Source of the DNA: an uncultured Candidatus Poseidoniales archaeon
Lineage (GTDB): Archaea; Thermoplasmatota; Poseidoniia; Poseidoniales; Thalassarchaeaceae
NCBI GenBank assembly: GCA_902601345.1
Contig: CACKMK010000002.1
Coordinates: 43,571 to 107,570 of the forward strand
Reading direction: 5' to 3'
DNA length: 64,000 nucleotides
The position numbers were made by a program, and so were the translations under genes. How positions within the stretch are numbered: position 1 is the first letter of the stretch; every line of letters begins with the position of its first letter. The notes below the pieces were generated by a model. It was not told the DNA's origin, searched no databases, and saw nothing but the letters and a program-made list of their open reading frames with translations. Positions 56,206 to 64,000 of the stretch are shown in pieces.

Positions 56206-57243
56206 TTATTCCCACTCGTCTGGCTCCCAACCGTTCTCTCTAAGCCAGTCGTCGTTATAGAACTTCGAAAGATATGGATTACCGGCATCTGGGAGAACTG
56301 CGACCACCATGGCTTCCTCGCCATTTTCCTCTGCCTCGTTGGCAATATCGATAGCCACCTTGATCGAGCCCCCACATGAGCCTCCGCAGAACATCCCCTC
56401 CCTCCTTGCAAGGGCTCTCGCCCATTGGAAGCACTCTCCGTCATCGACCTGACGAATCTCGTCAATTACAGAGAAATCGGTTGCAGATGGGATAAAATCC
56501 TCTCCGAATCCTTCGACCTTGTACGTGTCTGGCTGCCCCATGGTCCCCTCTTCGAACCATTGTTTGAGAATAGAGCCAACTGCGTCGACCCCAACGATCT
56601 TTGGTGGTTCTGATCCATTTGACTCGGCCATCTCCTTCAATGACTTGGAGGTGCCAGAAATCGTCCCACCAGTTCCCATAGTGGCTACGAAGTGGGTTAT
56701 CTTTCCCTGAGTCTGCTCCCAAATCTCCGGTCCTGTTGAGAGGTAGTGAGTCAATGGATTCGCCTCGTGAGAGTATTGGTCAGGATACCAGGCTCCTGGT
56801 ATATCTCTTGCCAGTCTAGCAGCTACTTCGTAGTACGAACGGGGATCCTCCTTCTCTACTGCGGTCGGACAGACGTGAACCTCAGCTCCCATAGCCCGTA
56901 GGAGGTCTATCTTCTCCTTACTCATTTTATCTGCCATGGTGAAGATGCAGCGATAGCCCCGCTGTGCAGCAACCATTGCTAGCCCTATTCCAGTGTTTCC
57001 AGAAGTTCCCTCGACGATCGTCCCTCCTGGTTTCAGTAGTCCTTTCTCCTCAGCGTCTAGAACCATCTGCAGACCGATTCTATCCTTTATCGATCCTCCC
57101 GGGTTACATCTCTCAAGCTTGACCCAGACGGAAGATTTTCTCAGTTCCTCCGTAATTCTATTCAATCGAATGAGGGGCGTATTGCCTATGGCCGATACCA
57201 AGTCCTCATAGGTATTGGAACGTGGTTGGGACGGGTTGGGCAC
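56206..57243 (-). CDS. Cysteine synthase / cystathionine beta-synthase family (fold type II PLP)
   Basis: 345 aa. ERCNPGGSIKDRIGLQMV is the CysK/CBS lysine motif (xSxKDRxx). GNTGIGLAMVAA glycine-rich loop. Confidence 0.8.
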   Translation of the reverse strand: MPNPSQPRSNTYEDLVSAIGNTPLIRLNRITEELRKSSVWVKLERCNPGGSIKDRIGLQMVLDAEEKGLLKPGGTIVEGTSGNTGIGLAMVAAQRGYRCIFTMADKMSKEKIDLLRAMGAEVHVCPTAVEKEDPRSYYEVAARLARDIPGAWYPDQYSHEANPLTHYLSTGPEIWEQTQGKITHFVATMGTGGTISGTSKSLKEMAESNGSEPPKIVGVDAVGSILKQWFEEGTMGQPDTYKVEGFGEDFIPSATDFSVIDEIRQVDDGECFQWARALARREGMFCGGSCGGSIKVAIDIANEAEENGEEAMVVAVLPDAGNPYLSKFYNDDWLRENGWEPDEWE

Positions 57244-57276
57244 AGTGGTGCATCGAACCCCGCTGTATGATGGTTT

Positions 57277-57621
57277 TCACTCAGAGTTTCTTGATGATTT
57301 GTAGTAGTTCCATCCAGCAAAAGGTAGGCTCCAGAAGAGGCCGCCCAAGGCGGCGAATGGGATGAGCAATAGCCAGTAGGAATACTCGTCAAGTGATGGG
57401 CCTCCGAAAGTTGCACCGAATACAGGAAAAACGAACGTTCCAAAAGAGGTTGGAACGAGGTGATATAGACTAAGTCTCACATTGAGTTTTTCCTCCCATA
57501 TTTTCTGAGTTAGAATCGGGGGCAATAGGGCTATACAAAGAAAGCCGATTGCCGCACTGCCGCATGACTCGAATATCATATCACCTAGAGACAGAAGTAG
57601 AAGCATCAAGATAGCAATCAT
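57277..57621 (-). CDS. Small hypothetical membrane protein
   Basis: 114 aa with three hydrophobic helices. No homology recognised. Confidence 0.3.
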   Translation of the reverse strand: MIAILMLLLLSLGDMIFESCGSAAIGFLCIALLPPILTQKIWEEKLNVRLSLYHLVPTSFGTFVFPVFGATFGGPSLDEYSYWLLLIPFAALGGLFWSLPFAGWNYYKSSRNSE

Positions 57622-57674
57622 TCCGCCGGATACCGCTCCGCTGGAGAGGATTTGCTTCCAATTCAGGTACTCAC

Positions 57675-59258
57675 CTAATGTCTGAAGAGCCGGATTCCTG
57701 TAAATATCATTGCCATATCATGCTGGTTAGCGGCCTCGATTACTTCATCGTCACGAATTGAGCCTCCTGGTTGCACAATACTGGTAATCCCGATTTCATT
57801 TGATGTGTCTATCCCATCGCGGAAGGGAAAGAAGGCATCGGATATCATCATGGCTCCCTTTGCTCTTTCACCCGCCCTTCTTGCCGCTATTCGGACTGAC
57901 TCCACCCGACTAGTCTGCCCGGGACCGACTCCCACGGTAGAGTAACCATTCTCTGTCTTAACTACTAGAATAATCGCATTAGACTGGACTTCGGCAATCA
58001 CGGAAGTACCGAACCTAGCCAGATTTAGCTCGTCCCCGTCAAGCGTCTTTTCGGTGACATGGCTTACATTTTCCCAATCGATGTTAGGAATGCCTTGGAT
58101 TTGAGATAGCCAACCTCCCTGTACTTGTCGAATCTTCGGTTCATCTGTAAGTTCGCCTAATGGATCAAGAGTCAGAATTCTCCTATTCTTGCTCTCAGAG
58201 AGAATCTCCAAGGCATCCGATTCGTAACCCGGTGCAATCATACATTCAAAGAAGTGATTTCCGATTGACTCGGCGGTTTCTCTCTCAACCACCTGATCGA
58301 ATGCGATCACGCATCCGAATGCGCTCTCTGGGTCGCTGGCCAGAGAGTTTTCCCAGGCAGAAACCTGATTCTCGGAGATAGAGGCCCCACAGGGATTTGT
58401 GTGCTTGATGACTACACAAGAGTGAGTACCGAAATCGCAAGTCTGCGAAATAGACCTGACTAGCCTCAGCGCGGCGTCGAGATCCAAGTAGTTGTTGTAT
58501 GAGAGGGGTTTGCCACCATGTTGAACTGCTCTTGAGAGCCCTCTTGGCGCCCCAGGAGATGGGAAGAAAGAAGCCGGTTGGTGAGGATTCTCCCCATACC
58601 TTAGTTCTACACCCTGATCTGAGGTCGTCAGAATTCTATTTGGTATCGTACTTTCTGTGAACCTTCCCCACAACTCGTTAGAAACCGCAGAGTCGTAAGC
58701 TGCGGTAGATTGGAATGCAGATATTGCCAAGTCCCTCCTCAACCCCAAATCGACCCCAGAGGGGTTCCCTTCGGTTTTCGAAAGCGCTTCCAGTACCGAT
58801 CTATGCTGATCTGGGTGTGTGATTACAATGACGTCTGAATGGTTCTTTGCCGCCGATCTCACCATCGCCGGTCCACCAATATCAATCATCTCAATCAGTT
58901 CTTGTTCGCTTGCCGGGGGGTCTCGCGCAGCGGTTTCTTCGAAAGGATACAGGTTTACGCATACCATTTCTATTGACCCATATCCCATTTCCACTAGTTT
59001 TTCCATATCCTGTTTCGAATCGCGTCTGGCAAGTATCCCTCCGTGGACCGCGGGGTGTAGGGTCTTGACCCTGCCATCGAATATCTCAGGGTGACCGGTA
59101 GCTTCGGATACATCCATTACTTCGATTCCCGAATCTCTGAGTCTGGTTGCTGTTCCACCCGTCGATAGGATTGCCCAGCCCATGGATTGTAATGATGCAG
59201 CCAGTTCTTCGATTCCGGTTTTGTCCCAGACGCTGATCAGCGCTGTGGGTCGCTCCAT
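57675..59258 (-). CDS. purH: Bifunctional AICAR transformylase / IMP cyclohydrolase
   Basis: 527 aa. ALISVWDKTGIEELAASLQSMGWAILSTGGTA is the MGS-like IMPCH domain. C-terminal AICARFT domain ends with the FTGIRLFRH-type motif. Confidence 0.85.
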   Translation of the reverse strand: MERPTALISVWDKTGIEELAASLQSMGWAILSTGGTATRLRDSGIEVMDVSEATGHPEIFDGRVKTLHPAVHGGILARRDSKQDMEKLVEMGYGSIEMVCVNLYPFEETAARDPPASEQELIEMIDIGGPAMVRSAAKNHSDVIVITHPDQHRSVLEALSKTEGNPSGVDLGLRRDLAISAFQSTAAYDSAVSNELWGRFTESTIPNRILTTSDQGVELRYGENPHQPASFFPSPGAPRGLSRAVQHGGKPLSYNNYLDLDAALRLVRSISQTCDFGTHSCVVIKHTNPCGASISENQVSAWENSLASDPESAFGCVIAFDQVVERETAESIGNHFFECMIAPGYESDALEILSESKNRRILTLDPLGELTDEPKIRQVQGGWLSQIQGIPNIDWENVSHVTEKTLDGDELNLARFGTSVIAEVQSNAIILVVKTENGYSTVGVGPGQTSRVESVRIAARRAGERAKGAMMISDAFFPFRDGIDTSNEIGITSIVQPGGSIRDDEVIEAANQHDMAMIFTGIRLFRH

Positions 59259-59298
59259 GGGAACCCGTGTGTGAAGGAGGCTTGAAGGTTCGTGGTCG

Positions 59299-60864
59299 CT
59301 ATTCGCCCCTAGCTGAAATGACCTGATCTATTCGTAGCATCCCCATTGCCGTCTCGGTGGCCGATTGCAAGGAGTTCTCAATTACTGACCTAGGGTGCCA
59401 GACCCTTTCGACTACCCATTTCTTGCCGTCCTCGGAAATTCCAACGGGAGGCTCCTCCAGTGATGTAGATCTTAGTTCCAGAATACGGTCCAGCGGCTCC
59501 CCTCCAGCGTTCTCAACAAGTGTGGAGGGGATCGTCTCCATGGCTCTAGCAAACGCCTCCATTGCAAGTCTCTCCCTCCCTGACTGTTTCTCTGAAGCCA
59601 ATCTAACTGCATGAGCTATTCTGCTGTGGATAGATCCTGCGCCCGGAAGGACGTATTCATTCAGTGCTAAGGAAGTAGATCTGAGCGAGTCGTGTATTCC
59701 TCTGATTACCTCCTCTGTACCTGTCTCACCTGCACCTCCTATCTCTATAGTCACAACTGATGGATTTGGGCATCCCTCAATCCGAATCACGTCTTCTACC
59801 TCATTAGTGGCTGGCTTCCTCTCCCATGACGCGCTACCGCACTGCCCCAGGTCAGACTCCTCTATATCTAGCGGGCTTTCTACTATCCTAGCTCCCGTTG
59901 CACCAGAAGCGTTTCTCAATTCAGAAGAGTCCAGTCCTTCCACGACTAGAACAGATTTCTGGCAGAGCATATGAAGGACGTCCTTGTCGATCTCACCGGA
60001 GCAAAGAACTACACTTGCACCAGATTCGAGGATACTTCTGGAAATTTCCTCCTTCCGGTACTTCTCGGCTTCGATGAAAGAGTCCAAGTCGTCAGCACTC
60101 GTGATTTTCATTTCTGCATCTCTGGACATTTCTCTAATCTTCAGTTCTCCGTTTAGACACACCACCTTCGCATCTCGTAAGTCGTTGGGTAGGTTGTCCA
60201 TCAGTACTCGTCTACGTAGGATAATCCCGTTTACCAATCGAGAGTCCCTGATGCTCCCAGTTCCGCTCTTGAACATGGAAACGTGTTGGGCGGATGCCTC
60301 TCCCCTGTTGTCTAACACTGTGCTGAGAGCCTTGACAATTAGAGGTGGGAAGAACCCGAGGGCGGTGTCTGCAACTTTACCACTGAGAGACGTCTTGGCC
60401 ACTTCCAATAGCTTCTTGTCATCGCATTTTCTCAGGTCTGACTCTATCTGTAATCTAGCGGTCTGGAGTGATAATTCGTATCCATCGACCAGGGTTAGAG
60501 GGTGGAGGCCCTTCCTGAATAGGTTATTCGCCTCGATTAGCAGTGAACCGCAGAGTAGCATCGTGGTTGTTACCCCGTCACCGCAGTCCTCCTCTTGCGA
60601 CTCTGCCATCGAGACCATCATCTTGGCAGCAGGGTGCCTTACCAGAAGCTCAGCCACTATCTTCGCTCCGTCGTTGGTGACTGCTGTGGTACCGTCCGTC
60701 TTGTAGAGCATCTTATCTAGACCTCTGGGTCCGAATGTTGGCTTCAGAAGATCAGAGAATACTCTCGCTGCGACGATGAGTTTCTCTTGGACCTCTGTAC
60801 TGCTGGTGACCTTGGTGCTTCGTGAGGTGATTGCGACCTTGGGTCCATCTGAGTCCCCTCCCAT
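59299..60864 (-). CDS. ths: Thermosome subunit (group II chaperonin, Cpn60/TCP-1 family)
   Basis: LKPTFGPRGLDKMLYK (compare TLGPKGMDKML) and EDCGDGVTTTMLLCGSLL (GDGTTT ATP-binding motif). Start set at MGGDSDGPKV. Confidence 0.85.
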   Translation of the reverse strand: MGGDSDGPKVAITSRSTKVTSSTEVQEKLIVAARVFSDLLKPTFGPRGLDKMLYKTDGTTAVTNDGAKIVAELLVRHPAAKMMVSMAESQEEDCGDGVTTTMLLCGSLLIEANNLFRKGLHPLTLVDGYELSLQTARLQIESDLRKCDDKKLLEVAKTSLSGKVADTALGFFPPLIVKALSTVLDNRGEASAQHVSMFKSGTGSIRDSRLVNGIILRRRVLMDNLPNDLRDAKVVCLNGELKIREMSRDAEMKITSADDLDSFIEAEKYRKEEISRSILESGASVVLCSGEIDKDVLHMLCQKSVLVVEGLDSSELRNASGATGARIVESPLDIEESDLGQCGSASWERKPATNEVEDVIRIEGCPNPSVVTIEIGGAGETGTEEVIRGIHDSLRSTSLALNEYVLPGAGSIHSRIAHAVRLASEKQSGRERLAMEAFARAMETIPSTLVENAGGEPLDRILELRSTSLEEPPVGISEDGKKWVVERVWHPRSVIENSLQSATETAMGMLRIDQVISARGE

Positions 60865-60972
60865 GAGGGTTTCCGGCACGAAGGGCTGACATGAATGCTT
60901 TGAGGAGGCAAAACGCACCAATTGTTAGTAAAAGATACGAATGTCTATGATAGTTAAAACTCAGGAATTATT

Positions 60973-61920
60973 GTGAAAATACGACGTAAGGCTGTCATAT
61001 TCGTTTCCTCTATGATGCTGATCTGCTGCTTTTCGACCATTGGTTCAGCTCAAATTCTCCCCGAGGCTGATGTGGAGTGCGAGGATTTGGTTACGTTGGA
61101 CATATCTCCTGGTTCTACAAGACAAGCAATTGTTAATTGCGAACTGACAAATCCTACTTCCGGACCTGAGAGTATAGAAATCTCGTATCAATCTGGAAAC
61201 CTGGACGTAGCCGGTCCGGGAAGCATGACTGTGGAAGGTGGGGAGTCTGTAGATTTCCAGATTGCTGTAGAATCTACAGGCGAAATTCCAGCCGGGATGT
61301 ATGATATCAACGTGAGTGTCGTAGTCACTGAGTGGAACGGAGTGCCAGTGAGTGTGTTTGGGTTCTCAGATGAGGATGTGATCGAAGTGGAAGTTCTACC
61401 ATACACCGTATGCTCTTCATCCGGTCCTTCTGCGATATTCTCTGAGGCGGGAGAAGATGTATTGTTCTCAGTTGTTTACAGTTGCGACAGCAACGAAGAG
61501 AACTCTCTGGAAGTCTCGCTACACCTCCTAGAGAAGGGGAGTAGCCAGGAGACTATGTGGCCCTCTGGGTTCAATGATATGTCCGTAGATACTTGTAGAG
61601 TGGAAAATCCTATGGGCTCAGTCAACTGTGATTTTGTCCTGACCACCCCCTCCAATCTTCAGAGCAAATGGGAGGGTTGTCTAATCATAGTAGATGAAAT
61701 GACGGATCCGAACTGGGGATGTTCTAGCGAGTTCGCTTTCTCGCTCACTGTTAATGAGAAGGAGACCGTGGTTCCATCTGTTGGTTTGGATGTTAATGGA
61801 ACGTTTCTTGAAGACTTTGGCATTACCGAGGAGAATCAGAGTTTGTTGATTGGAGTAGGTTTGGGAGGAGCAATTCTGATGCTTTCACTATTCTTTCTTT
61901 ACAGGAGAAGAAGAGGCTAG
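60973..61920 (+). CDS. Secreted cell-surface protein with C-terminal TM anchor and basic tail
   Basis: 315 aa. Signal peptide is AVIFVSSMMLICCFSTIGSAQI. Beta-rich Cys-containing body. C-terminus LLIGVGLGGAILMLSLFFLYRRRRG resembles archaeal C-terminal anchoring (archaeosortase-type) signals, without a PGF motif. Confidence 0.45.
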   Translation: MKIRRKAVIFVSSMMLICCFSTIGSAQILPEADVECEDLVTLDISPGSTRQAIVNCELTNPTSGPESIEISYQSGNLDVAGPGSMTVEGGESVDFQIAVESTGEIPAGMYDINVSVVVTEWNGVPVSVFGFSDEDVIEVEVLPYTVCSSSGPSAIFSEAGEDVLFSVVYSCDSNEENSLEVSLHLLEKGSSQETMWPSGFNDMSVDTCRVENPMGSVNCDFVLTTPSNLQSKWEGCLIIVDEMTDPNWGCSSEFAFSLTVNEKETVVPSVGLDVNGTFLEDFGITEENQSLLIGVGLGGAILMLSLFFLYRRRRG

Positions 61921-62276
61921 CCCAATACGGTGACCATCCATCTGATTGACAGGGAAGAGGTGGCTCCGAGAGCCAACGAGGCAACTGATTCGAAGTTGAA
62001 TGTGTTCGTGTAAATATAGAATAGGGAAAGTGTGAGTAGGAGGAAGACGCCCAGGTCTAATATCTCGTTCTTTCCGAATCCTGATCTCTGGATGATATGA
62101 TCCCGCTCCTTAATGCCCAAAACGATAGTTGCCAGAGCTGCTGCAAGAATGGAATGCCCTACGATCCAGCCTAATGTTTCGCCGAACAGGACGACTAAAT
62201 CGTCCTGGAACCCAGCAAGGATGGTTGATGCAATGTTCACCATGGACCTGCGGTCAGGCTCTGAACCTTTGAACAA
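61917..62276 (-). CDS. Small hypothetical membrane protein
   Basis: 119 aa with three hydrophobic helices. Confidence 0.3.
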   Translation of the reverse strand: MFKGSEPDRRSMVNIASTILAGFQDDLVVLFGETLGWIVGHSILAAALATIVLGIKERDHIIQRSGFGKNEILDLGVFLLLTLSLFYIYTNTFNFESVASLALGATSSLSIRWMVTVLG

Positions 62277-62311
62277 TATGTAAGTGAGTGCACCTTAGTT
62301 GGCCGTAATGA

Positions 62312-63034
62312 GTGGGCTTGAACCTCGCTATTGTGGGGATTTATTACGAATGCCCATGCAGAAGAATCGGGGATCAGATGTATATTCCGGGGGCTTGGAC
62401 ACTGAAGCAACTCATTACAGATCCTGGGTCCCTATTCGATAGGTCTCCAAAGAACCCGGATGGGACCAAGATAGTGACCGAAGAGAGTGAGTTAGTAGAA
62501 ATGTTCCTCAAGGAGCCGATTGACATTTGGGTAAATTCGTTCGGAGGGGCACGCTCAAACTTCATCGTAAACCTGCTGGAGCACAAATACACGGTCAGGA
62601 ATGAGGCACACAGGGTCAAGGGGTGTCATTACATCAGACCTCTAGATGTAGGGGTCCAAATGGGTGCCTTCTGCTTTGTGGATGACTTCGGCTTGGCTCT
62701 GAGCTCTCAGATAAACAGAGGCTTCACTTTCAACTACAACAAACTAAGAGACGACACCAGCGAATTCTCTGTGGAAAGATGGATCGAGAAGGTATCCAAG
62801 CAAATTGACAATTGGACGGCGGGGAGTTTCTTTCCGGTGATTCTGATAAACACGGATCGAATTACGGAAAATGCAGCTGAATTCGAGAAAACCTTCGAAG
62901 TTCCATTTTCTGGTTTTCAGGTAAGAAAGACGAGGGAAATGCATCCGAGCCTGGAGCCATTCCACGAGCACATCTCCGAAGTAAATGATAAATTGGCAGA
63001 ACTCCCGGATTTTGCTACTTTAGGAGTAAATTAG
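62312..63034 (+). CDS. Hypothetical protein, possible sulfotransferase-like P-loop fold
   Basis: 240 aa. IWVNSFGGARSNFIVNLL may be a degenerate PAPS/phosphate-binding loop. Lies in a lower-GC block next to methyltransferase and glycosyltransferase genes. Confidence 0.3.
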   Translation: MGLNLAIVGIYYECPCRRIGDQMYIPGAWTLKQLITDPGSLFDRSPKNPDGTKIVTEESELVEMFLKEPIDIWVNSFGGARSNFIVNLLEHKYTVRNEAHRVKGCHYIRPLDVGVQMGAFCFVDDFGLALSSQINRGFTFNYNKLRDDTSEFSVERWIEKVSKQIDNWTAGSFFPVILINTDRITENAAEFEKTFEVPFSGFQVRKTREMHPSLEPFHEHISEVNDKLAELPDFATLGVN

Positions 63035-63044
63035 AGGTATCAGT

Positions 63045-63740
63045 TTGACTATTTCTAGGGAAGATTCAGCGAGGATTTACTCGATTCTGGATAAGTCAGG
63101 GGTTTTTTCCGGGGGTAGCCAGAATGACTTCCATGATGCAGGAGAAAACCAATTGGCCATACTTACTCATTTTGGATTAATGGCGTCTTCATTGGTCTTG
63201 GACATCGGCTGCGGCTGCCTTAGAGGAGGCAGGTGGCTCATTCCCTACCTAAATTCGGACTGTTACTTCGGTGTGGAGCCTAATGTAGAAATGCTTGAGA
63301 TAGGGAAGAAAGTAGTAATCGATTCTAAAATACTACGAGATAAGAAACCAAAATTCAACACGAATTCAGACTTCGAGTTCGATGTATTCGGAACAACTTT
63401 CGATTATTTCATCGCAAGATCAATATGGACCCATTCTTCCAAAAAACAGATAGAAAAGATGCTTGACCAGTTTGTCAGACATTCGTCCCCCTCGGCTAGA
63501 TTCCTGACTTCTTACATGAGGCCAAGAATACCATTCCTCGACGGCTACAAGGGAGAGAGTTGGATTGGCAAGAGTCACGAATCTGATCAACCAGGAATTG
63601 CTAGGCATAGTCTAAGATGGATAAAAAGGGCCTGTTTAAACAGGGGACTGAAGGTAAGTAGTATAGATGAGCCAAATCTGAACTACGGAGCACAAATATG
63701 GCTGTTGATAGAGAGGACGCAGGAGGATACTGACCTCTAA
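63045..63740 (+). CDS. Class I SAM-dependent methyltransferase
   Basis: 231 aa. SLVLDIGCGCLRGGRWL is motif I. DYFIARSIWTH is the motif IV region. Confidence 0.55.
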   Translation: MTISREDSARIYSILDKSGVFSGGSQNDFHDAGENQLAILTHFGLMASSLVLDIGCGCLRGGRWLIPYLNSDCYFGVEPNVEMLEIGKKVVIDSKILRDKKPKFNTNSDFEFDVFGTTFDYFIARSIWTHSSKKQIEKMLDQFVRHSSPSARFLTSYMRPRIPFLDGYKGESWIGKSHESDQPGIARHSLRWIKRACLNRGLKVSSIDEPNLNYGAQIWLLIERTQEDTDL

Positions 63741-63749
63741 TGTGTATCA

Positions 63750-64000
63750 TTATACGGTAGTGATCGAATCTATCGATTTCTTGAGTCGTTCCACGTGTCT
63801 TTCAGGAGTAAGGCCTAGTTCCTGGATTCGCGTCACACCTTCCCTTGCCCATGACTCTCTCGTTTCCTCATCCTTGGCTTGTTCGAAGGCTTTCCTCCAA
63901 GCTTCGAGGTCGCCTCTGCCAAGCAGTCTTCCGTTTACCCCGTCGACGATTGTATCTGTATACCCTCCAAAATCAACAAACAACGGGGGCGTTCCTATGG
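63750..64000 (-). CDS. Glycosyltransferase family 4 (GT-B), C-terminal part; gene start lies beyond window end
   Basis: ...GTPPLFVDFGGYTDTIVDGVNGRLLGRGDLEAWRKAFEQ matches the GT1/GT4 C-terminal consensus (E.FG...LEAMA.G.PV.....GG..E.V.DG.NG.LV...D...LA.A). Reading frame is open to the window edge. Confidence 0.5.
   Translation of the reverse strand, partial: IGTPPLFVDFGGYTDTIVDGVNGRLLGRGDLEAWRKAFEQAKDEETRESWAREGVTRIQELGLTPERHVERLKKSIDSITTV

Noticed and set aside
1-64000. CRISPR arrays and IS/transposase elements
   Set aside because: I looked for regularly spaced short direct repeats and for transposase- or integrase-like ORFs. The only substantial repeat is the archaellin 122-bp duplication. 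No CRISPR-like periodicity or terminal inverted repeats were seen.

Overview
This window reads as archaeal chromosome, Euryarchaeota-type, with about 50% GC. The lineage calls rest on a PolD DP2 large subunit, a group II chaperonin (thermosome), archaeal DnaG and PriL primases, a KEOPS Pcc1-like protein, and a complete fla-type archaellum operon. Acidic proteomes and giant CARDB-type surface proteins are reminiscent of uncultured marine Thermoplasmatota (MGII/Poseidoniales-like), but that is inference only. Most of the window is housekeeping: M32 carboxypeptidase, class II fumarase, cyclophilin, PyrE, NadC, GcvH, RNase HI, SpeH plus deoxyhypusine synthase, enolase, PurN/PurH, transsulfuration enzymes, Lrp, and one tRNA-Cys. 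The accessory block of most interest is an 11.7-26.7 kb minus-strand cluster. It runs from a 1731-aa secreted CARDB-repeat giant protein, through an unknown 347-aa protein and two tandem archaellins sharing a 122-bp perfect repeat, to FlaCDE-, FlaF- and FlaG-like proteins, FlaH, FlaI, FlaJ and a FlaK prepilin peptidase. Three other unusual items stand out. The first is an in-frame ribbon-helix-helix DNA-binding domain fused to the N-terminus of the fumarase. The second is a ~650-nt purine-rich non-coding region between convergent genes, full of perfect GC hairpins with UUCG/GNRA loops, which is a candidate structured RNA. The third is an orphan gamma-class DNA methyltransferase with an atypical SRPPW motif IV, flanked by a THEP1 NTPase. 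The window ends in a lower-GC glycosylation-type cluster. Many six-frame ORFs are shadow ORFs or carry spurious N-terminal extensions. Where I re-set a start, it was by alignment to family-typical N-termini.
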